A stretch of DNA of 64,000 bases from Octopus vulgaris. Lineage: Eukaryota. The stretch is taken from NCBI GenBank assembly GCA_951406725.2, contig OX597821.1, forward strand, positions 78,554,001 through 78,618,000, in the 5' to 3' direction. Each line of letters opens with the position of its first letter. Within the stretch, counting starts at the first letter, position 1. The position numbers and the translations under genes were made by a program. The notes below the pieces were generated by a model, which saw nothing but the letters and a program-made list of their open reading frames with translations, had not been told where the DNA came from and searched no databases. Shown piece by piece: positions 12,257-24,498 of the stretch.

Positions 12257-13121
12257 TATATACATCTTCCCATATATATTTTCTCAGACTACTAAACACT
12301 GAACTGTTATTTCCTTAATTCTTCATATATTTGCCTCACAATTAGAAGCTACTACTACACATTGGTCTTTCCTCTACCTCTTAACACCCGCCTCTATCTT
12401 ACACTACAATACCTTTCCCTCTCTATATCCACTCCTACTTTCAAATTATCGCCACTGATCACTGACCAGTCTATATCTTAATTTTTCTTTTTTCTTTAAT
12501 CCTTTTATTCATATCTTCAAGGTTTTTATTCTTTATTTCGATTTTTTTTTATTTTGTTATTTTTACTAATCTTCTCTATCATTTCTCTTTCATTCTTTCT
12601 TTCTCTCCACTTTTTTCTCTTTCTTTTTTTCTGTTTATTTCATTCTAGTCTTCCTGTTTTCAGTTTAACAATACTAATACACTCCCTAATTCTAGGTCAT
12701 TTTAAATATAAACCTTGACTCTGCAACACTGTATATAGACTCCCTACTGTGAATGATCAAGTTTAAAAATCTGCTGGATATCACTCATGAGCGAACCTTA
12801 CATTGCTCATAAACTCTATATTTGGAAGGACCCATATTAAACTCTGTTGGACTTTTGGAATTTACACAAAGGATATTGGAATATTGCATATATACTGTTG
12901 TGCCTATAAAACGGATCTACAAATTCAATACACATACATATCTTACATCTGTCTCACTCTCTATTTTGTATCACATCAAAACTATGACTTACTTTTTCCT
13001 CTCACACCGACTCCGAGGAAGGGATATTATTAATTAATATCTAGAAACAAGTGTAAGACCTTCCATCTATAAATGCTCTAATATCTACACAGCCTTGGTT
13101 TTTATCTTATTACGCAAAAAC

Positions 13122-13157
<36 letters not shown>

Positions 13158-13164
13158 TATATAT

Positions 13165-15330
13165 ATAAATTAAATTAGAGATAAGACCACTATTAGGCAA
13201 ATCAAACAGTGAAGAACATAAACCAAAACATAAAAATAAAAATAATTAATATAATTTACAAAATTCAAATTATTTAAATTTAAAATTATTAATTTATATT
13301 TATATTTATAATTTTTTTTAAGTATTAAAATTTTAATATAATAAATAAAATCACTCCGTACGTTTCATGGTCATAACCTAGTTCGAATTACAATAATTTA
13401 AATTCAATTATAAATTCGAATTATGGCTAATATATTTAGATATATTTAATTAATGGTCTTTTTTTAATAAATAAATAAAATAATAATTTTTCTAAAGAAT
13501 CTATTATCAAACTAGAAACTTTAATGATTATGATTATGTCATACAATCCAATTATAATGTTAAATATTCATTTTTAAGGTAAAGATAGATAGAAAATGTA
13601 TTTATCTATTCAGATATAATATGGCTTTAAAAAACATAATAAACTCACGAATAACTTAATCTCAGTTATAGTCAATATCTAATTACCTAATTATTTAACA
13701 AAAAAATAATTTTAAAAAATAATAAAAAATAATAAATAAACACTATTCATATTATTAAATTTAAGTTCAAATCTAATAATTATAAAACATTTGAATAATA
13801 ACTAAATTATTATCAATAAATATATATAAATATAATAATTAAGATCTAAAATTATCTCTATCAATAACTATATATACGTATTAAAAAAACTAAATAAATT
13901 AATTATTCATTATTACTTATGAAATATATTAAATAATTAAACAATTAAAGATGAAAAAGCAAATTTTAAACGTATAAACTATCTTAAAAGAACCCTATAA
14001 CTATTTAACGATCAATATATCTCGTTGGCTAATTAATAACTTACAAAAACCGTACGGTGATGATTTAATAATGAAATAATGAAATACATATCAACAACTA
14101 AATACTTATACAATCAATTTATAAATCCGTAGTTATATAATATCCAACAAAAACCATGTAACATAAATTAGTAAAATATTTAAAAAAAAGGTTTACCTAT
14201 TTTTCAAAAATCGTGTCATTAACTAAAATAATAATAAACAAATAAAAAATTATTTAATAATGAAAATTACGAATATATTTTTATCAATGAAAAATACTAT
14301 TACAAAATATCAATTGAAAATAGCTATATTTAAGCTATAATAGAACAAAGTCAACTATTAGAGATATTTATGAATATATAATATGGCTTAAAAAACATAA
14401 TAATCTCACAAATATCCTTAACTCAGTTATAGTCCAAAATTTTAATTACCAAATTATTTAACTAAATAATCGTTATTCATATTTTAGATTGAAGTACACA
14501 TCTAATAATTATAAAATATTTAAAAATAATAACTAAATTACTATCAACAAATATGGTGATTAAAAACTAAAATTTATGCTATCAATAAATGTATAGACAC
14601 AAAGAAAAAATAAATTAATTAATCCAATATTACTTACATAAATATGAAATATTAATATAATATAATTATGAGAGTCATTAAAAAATTGAAGATTAAAATC
14701 TAATTAAAACCAGAAACCTAACTTTAAAAAGTCGTATAACTATTAACCATCTATATATCTCTTTGGCTAAGTAAAATCTTACAAATAAACGTAGTGTTAA
14801 AATCTAATAATTAAATACATAACTTCAACAGCTAAATCATTACATAACAATCAGTATTTATATAGTATACAAAATAATACAATAAGACTAATTAAAATAT
14901 TTTAAATTCTAAAATTTCAAAATCTTAAAAAGAAATAGATTACTTAGCTTTCCAAGGCTCTGTGATGAACTAAAATTTTAAAACGGAAAACGTTTTAAAA
15001 GCGTTTATAAGAATACTCGTGGAATTATGTTATTAACAAAAATAGAATAAATAGATGAAGAATTCTTTTAACAATGAAAAACTACGAATATATTTTATCA
15101 ATGAAAAATTGTGAATAAGAATTGTCAATGGAAACAGTTATAGTTTATCAATAAAGGTAAACAAAATGAAGTCACAATTAAAGAATAGAACCACTCTATA
15201 CTGTAAGATTTATTATTAAAACAACTACAATAAATAATACTTAATACTCAATAAATTATGTAACTACTATAACTACCAATTACTGTGTAAACTCTAAAAA
15301 TCTTATCAGATTTAATTAAATTATATAAAA
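13165..15330. repeat. Extremely AT-rich non-coding element with two diverged ~770-800 bp tandem units
   Basis: Shared blocks at about 13614/14378 and 14259/15073. The left terminus (agagataagaccactattaggcaaatcaaac) recurs at 21940-22000 (inverted) and about 48945. Confidence 0.7.
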
Positions 15331-15333
15331 TTA

Positions 15334-15454
15334 CAGTGCCACCTCGACGTACGAGTAAATTCGTTCCCAGAGTATGCTTTTATTTTTAAGTGAAAACTCG
15401 TGAACAGAACCCGGTGTCTCGTAAAGTGCGTCCTCATAAGGTGAGGTATTACTG
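15334..15454. mobile_element. Small Tigger/pogo-like MITE
   Basis: Imperfect TIRs CAGTGCCACCTCG..TACGAG and CTCATAAGGTGAGGTATTACTG, with TA on the left flank. Confidence 0.5.
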
Positions 15455-15464
15455 TGTCTGTATA

Positions 15465-15515
<51 letters not shown>

Positions 15516-15856
15516 CATGTGTACATACGTATATACATGCCTACATTCATACATACAAACATACAAGCAAACATTTCGTTTTATCCATTTATTCTTACTT
15601 GCCTTTCAATACGTCTGTACATCAAATAAAATTGATTAAATAAACGTCTAAGTAAATCTACTTCAAATATATAGAAAATACATAACAAATTGATTAATTT
15701 AAAAAAATTTATAACAAAAATATAACAAAATATAAACTAATTAATATCCTAGAAACAACTGTAAGAGCTTCTATCTATAAATGTTCTAATATCTATACAG
15801 CCTTGGATTTTTATTTTATTACGCAAAAACGTCATATAAATATACGTATTTATATG

Positions 15857-15887
<31 letters not shown>

Positions 15888-16329
15888 AGTAGAAATATGT
15901 TACGAAAAGAAAATATAAAATACACGTGGAACTGTAAGGGTAAAATATGAAAAATCAACGAAAATGCATATTGCAAATAGAAAAAGGCTATTTGTGACAG
16001 GTAACGACAAATGTTTACATTTAGATTGACTGAGGTAGTAATACAAGTTATAAAAGTCATTATTATGAGAGGATTATAAGATGATAATAAAGTAAGAGAA
16101 CAAAACGAACCAATAGTTTACGCGAAGGATATTCATCGTTTGAACAATACCGGTTAATATACGGTGTCAGGTCTAATAGTTCCTGAGAAAAAAGATTATT
16201 TGTAAGGGAGGTAAGTAGTTCTGGATTAGTTGTAAGGGAGTTAAGTAGTTCTGGAATTAGAGATATGAGTGATGTAGGTAATGTATAGGGTTTAGTGGTT
16301 TCAATTGAAGAGTTAGTGGTGTTCTGTAT

Positions 16330-18531
16330 TGAGTTGTGTGTTCATATTTAGTTGGGGGAGAAATTGTTGATGAAAAATGCCTCTTTATTCAGCCTTTGTT
16401 GCATTGTGGTGTTCTGTTCTTTGTGAATGTTGATTCTTTGACGGAGCGAAAATCCTGTTTGTCCAATATAGAGTTTACCACATCCTATGCATGCCATGAC
16501 ATAGATTACATTTGCTGAGGCGCAGGTAAAATTTGAGTTGATCTTAAATATTTCTCCTTGTTTGAATTGGAATTCTGAAACCTCCAGAAGGTGGGGGCAT
16601 GTTCCACAGTTAGAACGTCCTCATTTTGCCACTTTTGGCTCAGTAGTTAGTGTGTAAATTCTAGCGCTGGTTAATATTCTTTTCAGTGACTTTGGTTGTT
16701 TTTTATAATTTTATATGAGCTTAAAATTTCGTTCATTGTTTTGTCTGCTGTGAGGATGGGAAGGTTTTGGCTGATGATGTTGAAGGCTTCGTTGTTTCTG
16801 GGGTTATGTGCGGAGATGTACGGGAGTATTTTTAAGTCTTGTTTAGTATTTCGGCTAGTTTTCCTTAATCTTTGTATATCTATTTCCTTAGCTCTTTTGA
16901 TGCCTTCATTTACTAATGAGATCGGGTATTGTCTTTTAGTTAGTGTAGATCTAAGTTATGGGAGTCTATGTTCACGAGTGTATGTATCGGAAACTATGGT
17001 GCAGATTCTTTTTGCTAGGTTAAAGGGTATGTTGATTTTTATGTGTTTGGGGTGGCAGGAGTTAAACAAAAGGTATTGTTTAGAATCTGTGGGTTTATAA
17101 AAGATGTCTGTTTCTATGAGGTTGTTAACTATTCTAATTAAGATGTCTGGAAAAGGTAGTTGCTTACTGTTGTGTTCCATAGTGAATTTTATATTGCTGT
17201 GTATGTTGTTGAGCATTCTTTTGAAATCAAGGAGTTGATCCATGCTATCTTGCCAAAGTATGAAGCAATCATCTATATATCTCTTCCAGTTCTCCTTTAA
17301 ATAGCAATTGAAAGAGGCGCCATATTTTTCTAGTGATGATTGGTATAACTTAAGTTCGTGGTAACCCATTACGAGGTTTGCAATCACTGGAGCAGCTCTG
17401 GTCTCCATTGCAATTCCGCATTTCTGTCGATAGTAAGTAGTATCGAACAAGAAATGATTGTTCAACAGGACGAATTTCAGTGCTTCAGATCATAAAATTG
17501 TGGTTAATTCGTCCTGGGATCTCTTCTGGGTATTTTTCTAGCCAAAATGTGATTGCTTCTATACCATAGTCGTGTGGGATATTAGTGTATAGATTCACCA
17601 CATCGAAAGACACCAGTAGAGTCCCGTCCTTTACTGTCTTCAGGAGGTGGTTCAGCATGTCTAATTCATCTCTGATATAGCCTTTCACATATTTTAAAAG
17701 AGGTTTGAGTAATATGTCAAGGAAGTTACTCAAACGGTGGGTTTCGCAAGAAAGACCAGCTATGATGTGTCTGAGTTTGAGGTCAATAGGTGGAGGGACC
17801 TTAATGCATAAGCTTGTAGAGACTTTGCAGGCTTCACAAATGAGTGGATTTTTATGTATCTTGGGTAATCCGTAGAATAGACTAGGACTGTATTTGAAAT
17901 TAGATAGATAGTCGATTTCATGTGTTGTAAGATCCTTTCCATGAATTTGGACTAAGGAGGATAAATTTTTCAGTGTTTTCTGTGGGCTGTAATATGTTAG
18001 TTTTTCATAGTAAGTATTATTTTCCAACATGGAAAGTATTAAATTTTTGTAGTACTCTGTATCCATCAAAACTACCGCACTTCCTTTGTCGGCTTCTTTA
18101 ATAGTGAGGTTTATGTCCTTTTTTAGCTGGACAAGGTCTTTCCATTCATTTAAATTAAGGTTAGATTTGATATGTTGTTTTGGAATGGTATTGTAAGGAA
18201 AACAAGTTATGTGATCACAGAAAACATCAAGTGCTTTATTTCTACCTTTTGTAGGATGGTACTCACTTATATTTTTCACTATTGAGTCATCTTCACTGGT
18301 GTAGTTGTAAAGAGCTTCTGTGAGGCGTAATTTTCGGCAGAAGTCCAAAGTATTGTCCTTAATTTTATTTGGGTTCGATCTGCGGGGGGTAGGGGTAAAT
18401 TTTAGACCTCTTGCTAGGATTTTGATTTGTATAGAACTCAGGATTTTCTTTGACAGGTTGATTATTTTCGGTTGGACTTGTTTATTTGTTTCCATTTCAC
18501 ATCTCTGTTTCTCTGGTTTGCATCTAAAAAA
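16330..18531 (-). pseudogene. Penelope RT + GIY-YIG endonuclease ORF with stops and frameshifts
   Basis: ORFs 17485-18495 and 16956-17465, plus the hand-translated GIY-YIG region. Confidence 0.88.
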
Positions 18532-19560
18532 TGGTTGTAGTATGTGGATTGTAGTGGAAGGTGAGTATTTTGTTTGGTTTGCTGAGGGAAACGCGGGTGT
18601 AAATTGTATCTATGGTAGTATGTTTGTGGTGGAGTGGTTGTGTAGTGTACTGGATTATGGTTGTACTGAGGATTGTTATATCGTCTGTGGCTAATGTAGT
18701 CTGGGTTTAATTGATTTTTAATATTGTGATATGGTTGGAGGGAGAGGTTATGGTATCTAGTCATGTCCCGTCTCGCCGACCGCCTGAAGTGGCTGTGTTG
18801 GGGGTAAAGTCTCGGAGGCAAGTTATTCCTGGTAGGAAGTGGTTCACCAAAACTTCAGTCAGTCTGGGGGTTTCGATGAAATCTTTGGTTTGCATGTGAG
18901 ATACCCCGAAGATCAAGTCTAGATTTACCCGCGTGGGTTGAATTATTGATAGCCACCCGACAGCCATTTGGGAGAGCAAGTCAGTCAGAGAAGGACGAGT
19001 TGCGTACCTAGACCGTCTGTGGTTAGTGTTAAATGCACGTGGGGTCATTTCTGTGTCTGTTTTTGGTTTATTTTTCTTCAGGAAGGGGTTATCCGATGCG
19101 TTTTCTATGTTAAACTGAGTTTCGTAGGTATTAAAGAAATTGGCTTGTTTATCCCAGCGTTGTAAGGAGTTAGTTTCTTCATCCACGCAAGTTGTTTTCC
19201 ATAGTTTAAAAACACTTTCCAAGCGGAGACCGTCCGTAAGTTTCTTTAATTCGTTGTAAATCTCCTCATCTGTTTTTAACTTTTTGTTCACTGCTTAGTG
19301 CTCTAAGCTTAAGGAGTTCAATTTCTGTCTTCATTGTTTCCAGTGCAAGTCTTTCTCTTAATTGTCTTTGTTTGGGATACGCTTAATTTGGAATTTGCGA
19401 GGTAAAATTATTGGTGTAGAATTTAGCCAGCGTTCGTAGATTTCTGCCTTGTGATTGTTTTTAATCATATTCCAAAAAGTATATTTTCTGGCTTTAATTT
19501 TTTTATTCCATATGTGGATAATGCGGTTTTTAATAGAAAGTGTAAGTGTGGAGGGATTGC
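18462..19560 (-). pseudogene. Upstream ORF of the Penelope-like element (frameshifted; helical N-part, N/P/R/Y-rich C-part)
   Basis: Hand translation IWNKKIKARKYTFWNMIKNNHKAEIYERWL..PRKFQIK and QLRERLALETMKTEIELLKLRA leads into ORFs 18761-19291 and 18462-18821. Confidence 0.6.
18525..18531 (-). promoter_or_regulatory. Candidate -1 frameshift heptamer T_TTT_TTA joining the upstream ORF to the Penelope RT ORF
   Basis: CAT TTT TTA GAT in the upstream frame; the -1 frame reads FFRCKPEKQRCEMETNKQVQPKIINLS. Confidence 0.55.
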
Positions 19561-19911
19561 TCTCTTGTGTATGATATATAGGGGGATTTTCATTTACAAA
19601 ATTATTATGCGGTAAAGAGTGAAAGAGTGGTGCATAATTCCGACAAATGGTGATTGAGGTGTTCTAGAGGAAGTTCTTCCTCTTCTTTTTTTTTCCTCTT
19701 GTGTAGAGCAAGTTAGTTCTTCAATCTTGCTTATTATATATATATAGACATATATATATATACATATGTATATATGTATATATATATATATGTATAAAGA
19801 TATATGTATATATTTATATATATATATAGATATACATATATATACATCTATATATACATATACATGTAAATATATATATGTATATATACATATAGATATA
19901 TATATATATGC

Positions 19912-19961
<50 letters not shown>

Positions 19962-19970
19962 GCATGTATG

Positions 19971-20012
<42 letters not shown>

Positions 20013-20013
<1 letters not shown>

Positions 20014-20506
20014 TAACTGAAAGTGACCCGCTCTATGCGCGGGTTGTTACTTTCTGTTTGTTTGTTACTTTCTGTTGCTTCCTTTCAGCACGTAAAAAGC
20101 ACCATCCGAACGTGGCCGATTGCAGCGCCGCCTTGACTGGCTTCTGTGTCGGTGGCACGTAAAAAGCACAAACCGATCGTGGCCGCTGCCAGCCCCCCTG
20201 GCACCTGTGGCGGCGGCACGAAAAAAGCACCCACTACGCTCATGGAGTGGTTGGCGTTAGGAAGGGCATCCACCTGTAGAAACACTGCCAGATCAGACTG
20301 GAGCCTTGTGCAGCCTCCCTTTTCACATTTTGGTTAATATAACCCGATTTCATTCGGGTCTACTGGGGCCACATTTTATAAGATGAGGAATTTTGTCCTA
20401 GAGGTCACGCCTTTCATTTGAGGAAAAGGAATAGTTGCCATGCAAACTTGCCAGCACTTTTAACATAGGTGTGCATATTTTCAGCTCAACCGACCACATA
20501 ATGCAC

Positions 20507-20543
<37 letters not shown>

Positions 20544-20544
20544 G

Positions 20545-20620
<76 letters not shown>

Positions 20621-21378
20621 GGAGTCTCTTTCATACGTGAGCGTGGACGCTGAATTCGACTGGTAAGCAGGTAACCTTGTGTTTGTTCAAATAGTTGTGA
20701 GCTGCTGGAGTTATTTCTCTGACGGGTAATAGGAATTTCCATATCCTCCGAGGAAACGAACTGTTGACCCAGACAATTAGAATTAATTTTAATAAAAGCA
20801 TCAATTTAAGAAAAAATAATAAAGTAGTAAGAAATGAAAATTTAGCACGAAAAATTTGCAGGGTTCTAAATAAATGTTAAAATGTAATAGATACAAAAAA
20901 ACCTACGTTATCATCAGAACACGAACGTTCGTTGGTGTGTTCTGTTTGTATTTGCTCCATCGGCGCGTTGACAGGCAGATAATAGAATGCGATGGCGAGA
21001 TACATAATATTTGTTCTCGTGATTGTGTGGTGGATGTGGCGATGGTAATTCTCTCTATGCATGCAGACAGATACATAAAAGAACGCCGAAGTGATGGGAA
21101 TGTAGGAAATAGAGGGAGTGAAAAAGTGCTGGGAAGAGAGGAAATAGCGAGAGTGAGTTGAGGAAGACACATACATTAAAGAACGGGAGTGAACTTGTCA
21201 AAGTGGGTTTTTGGCCCTAGCAACGACACCTTTTAAGATATGAATTTCTAAGGTAGCTCACGGGCAGGGTCACCTCATTTTACATGTCCCTGTAAATTTT
21301 GGAGTCAATCGGACGGGATGCAGTGGCCTTGAAAGCGATCCAAGCGGTGGAAACGCATTTCAGTTTTATATATAGAGA
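20013..21378 (-). mobile_element. Non-autonomous Helitron-like element in (TA)n, containing nested repeats
   Basis: Minus strand starts TCTCTATATATAAAACTG and ends TTAG|T, with a GC hairpin acccgc..gcgggt near the end. Confidence 0.5.
20088..20316 (+). mobile_element. SINE fragment with gcacgtaaaaagcac repeats and a Nin-domain-like core
   Basis: Three gcacg(t/a)aaaaagcac units, then tggttggcgttaggaagggcatcc. Confidence 0.7.
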
Positions 21379-21844
21379 TATATATACATAAGTATATATT
21401 GACATATATAATGCTCTCTCAGATTCACACCCTTTTTAGCGTCGTCCTCTAGTTTTAAACCCTGCAAAAGAAGTCCGATGAATGGGCTCCCAACCGGCCC
21501 TTTCGTGATACCCATAAAGCCAGGAACCTTTGCCCGCCCCCTTTTCACCTATAGCAGTGATTATCTATTGATTAGATCTCAGTTTCAGTTACACCGTCAA
21601 TAATAGGATGGTATTATTGTTATTATTAATTTTTTTTTATTAGGTTAACATCATTAATCGAGAGTTTATGTCTCGGTTTCTAAAATGCTACGTGGAAATT
21701 ACTTGTTTCAACTTGTTATTTCTCTTAATATTCATGAGCATCTATGTCTATTCTTCATATTCCCTTTATATGGAAGTTGGTGACGGACATTTCAGCTTTA
21801 TTATTATTAATAATGAGTATATTTACAAACACACACAAACGTAA

Positions 21845-21932
<88 letters not shown>

Positions 21933-22001
21933 TAATTTAATGTATTGGCTTATGTCTTTCACTGTTTGATTTGCCTAATAGTGGCTTTATCTCTAATTTA
22001 A

Positions 22002-22057
<56 letters not shown>

Positions 22058-22266
22058 TACGTGTGTGTGTGCGTGTGTGTATACGTGTGTGTGTGCGTGT
22101 GTGTATGTGTGTGGTGTGTGTGTATTTTTTCAATGTGTGCAAATAACAAGGAAAAAATAAATAGTTACCAGGAGAGCAAAAATTCACCTATGAGCCAAGA
22201 ATATTACAGCTTACATATAAATGTAGAAGTTCCAGGGTTAAGTAAAACGTTTTTGTATAACATGAA

Positions 22267-22446
22267 TATATTATAAAAATGAGCAGTCAAACGCAGGTGG
22301 TATTCAAATCATTTATACCTCCAACATATGTTTCAAAGAAAGCATTAGAATTATTCCAGAGGGAATAAATCTCAATGCTTTCTTCGAAAAATATTTTGCA
22401 TGTATGATTTCAATAACAACTGCGTTTGACTCAATTTGTTAATATA
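22267..22446. repeat. Diverged fold-back palindrome containing a half hammerhead core
   Basis: Arms centred on ttcc-agag-ggaa (about 22360); minus strand GAAA-CATATG-TT at 22323-22334. Confidence 0.65.
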
Positions 22447-22464
22447 TATGTGTGTGTGTGTGTA

Positions 22465-22765
22465 TCACCTTGATCACCTTGACCGACCAGTCCGGCGGGC
22501 GTCCATTTGACACTGCTCGTCACAGCACGCTGTCCACTCCTCACTGGATCGCGCCTTTCTCATTCACGTGATCCCAATCCTGCTCCTGAAATCGTAACTC
22601 CACCGTCGTGGAGGCCTTCCGAGTGGTCGTTTCCGCTCGCGCGGGTACCACTCGGCGACTGCCCGGGTCCACCGATTACCGGTGAACCGGGCGACGTGTC
22701 CAGCCCATCTAAACTTGCTGCGTGTATATTCTGCATTGACATCCCTCACGCCGGACCTCGCTACT
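22465..22765 (-). mobile_element. RTE-clade LINE 3' fragment
   Basis: KFRWAGHVARFTGNRWTRAVAEWYPRERKRPLGRPPRRW. Confidence 0.85.
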
Positions 22766-24358
22766 GATGTGCACATCAGTAGCGATATATATATATATAT
22801 ATATTGCATATATTTAAGGGTAATGTATTTAAATAATTTATTACGAGTGTATAAATATCTATATACGGAGACAAGTCCTTTGACAGGACTTCTTACATGC
22901 TAAAAAGAATAGTTACACCCAAACCACTAAAAATGGAATTCTTAAGACACGCTGCTTATAGGCACTAGATTGAATTAAAAAATTGGTTAACCTTATACTC
23001 GAGTGTCGCTATTAATGAGCAAATAAATTAATTTACTACATGTAGCTCGTCAGCACGATCGCTAGAGAATGTATTATTATGTAGTTGTAATACGTACTGA
23101 AAACACGAGACAAACACAAACGCAAGACAGCTCCATCTTTATATATTATGGATTCAAACTTAATGTGTGAGGGTAGACAGAATGGCACAGCAGTAAATAA
23201 ATTGAAATTGTGTACTATATAGACTGAGAATTGGAAAATTTTACTGCATAAATATAAAGGTAAAAAATTAAAATGATTTATTACCAGCCATAACACATAA
23301 AATATTTTATATGAGTGTATAAAGATTTATACACGGAGAGAGGTCCTGGATTTATATATTATTCTGTGATAATTTCAAAGAGCTCCATTTTTGGACCCGG
23401 CTACAAACCACATCATAAACCAGTATGTAGGAGTCTACTTTGGAGTATTATGTAGTTGAAAGTCAGTAAATTCAAGGAGCGAAAATTATTTCATGAGCAG
23501 TATGTATAACCTAAAGAATGTCAGGAGAAATTAGATGAATCTACTTATTTTATACTGGCGATATCCATAAAACGACAGCCGTCTCGAAGCTAAAATTATG
23601 CAAAGATGATTTATTTTATAATATAATAAATCACTTTACATGTCTGCAATTGTGTTTATGCTATAAATTGCAAAGTACTATTATACATTTTACAAAATAC
23701 AGGTATAAAAGACTAGTTCTTCAGATCATCAGAATATCATTGTTACACCGAATTTTCAACTACACTATACACATACAAACATTAGATATTTTATTTAGGT
23801 TTTAAGCATTCTGCTATTTATAAAATTATTATATTTGTTGAGGAATATATCTACAGACTATCATATTCTATTTTTTCCTATCACTAAACAAACTACACTA
23901 TAATCACGGCACAGCTCTCTATATCTGTACTCTCGAAACTATGGAAACTTGTGATTTTGGGGGTTCTCCTGCATATACCATAGAATTTATCTCATTATTA
24001 TTATACATCAATTACTAACTTTAATAATGTTGATTTATTATATAACTTGGAATATGTTGGTTGTTCCTGGATTATGTGTACTGATAAAAAGAATAGCATT
24101 TTCTTTCATTTTTCTCCGGTGTCTTCACTTCTGTAATGTCCAGCATCATCACCTTTGTAAGTCCATTATAAATTTTAAGGCTAATTTCTGGCTTTTTAGG
24201 AAGCCTTTGATCTCATCAAATCAAGTTTGATATTTTTTTTTATCAACAACTAGTTCCCAAATGTTCCAATTGATATGTGAAGAATGGCTAGAGTAAATGT
24301 TCAAATATACTGGTGTGTCTGATGTTTTTGTAAAATATATCCGCTATTATTGTCGAGT

Positions 24359-24498
<140 letters not shown>

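Larger units (their letters stand above)
15880..19735 (-). mobile_element. Penelope-like retroelement (Neptune-type) with an upstream ORF, degenerate
   Basis: IINLS..LARGLKFTPTP, ADKG, FYGLPKIHK, SFDVVNLYTNIP, QKCGIAM, RYIDD, IFYKPT; Cys cluster GRSNCGTCP; GIY-YIG-type NVIYVMACIGCGKLYIGQT at about 16455-16515. Confidence 0.92.

Noticed and set aside
13165-15330. Mitochondrial insertion (NUMT)
   Set aside because: No recognisable mitochondrial gene motifs, and its terminus is a dispersed repeat in this window.
19594-20020. YI/HT/CV-rich ORFs here and throughout the window
   Set aside because: Translations of (TA)n, (CA)n and (TG)n microsatellites.
20088-20232. CRISPR-like spaced repeats (gcacgtaaaaagcac three times)
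   Set aside because: The spacers are related to each other, the unit is part of a SINE, and there are no cas genes in this eukaryotic context.
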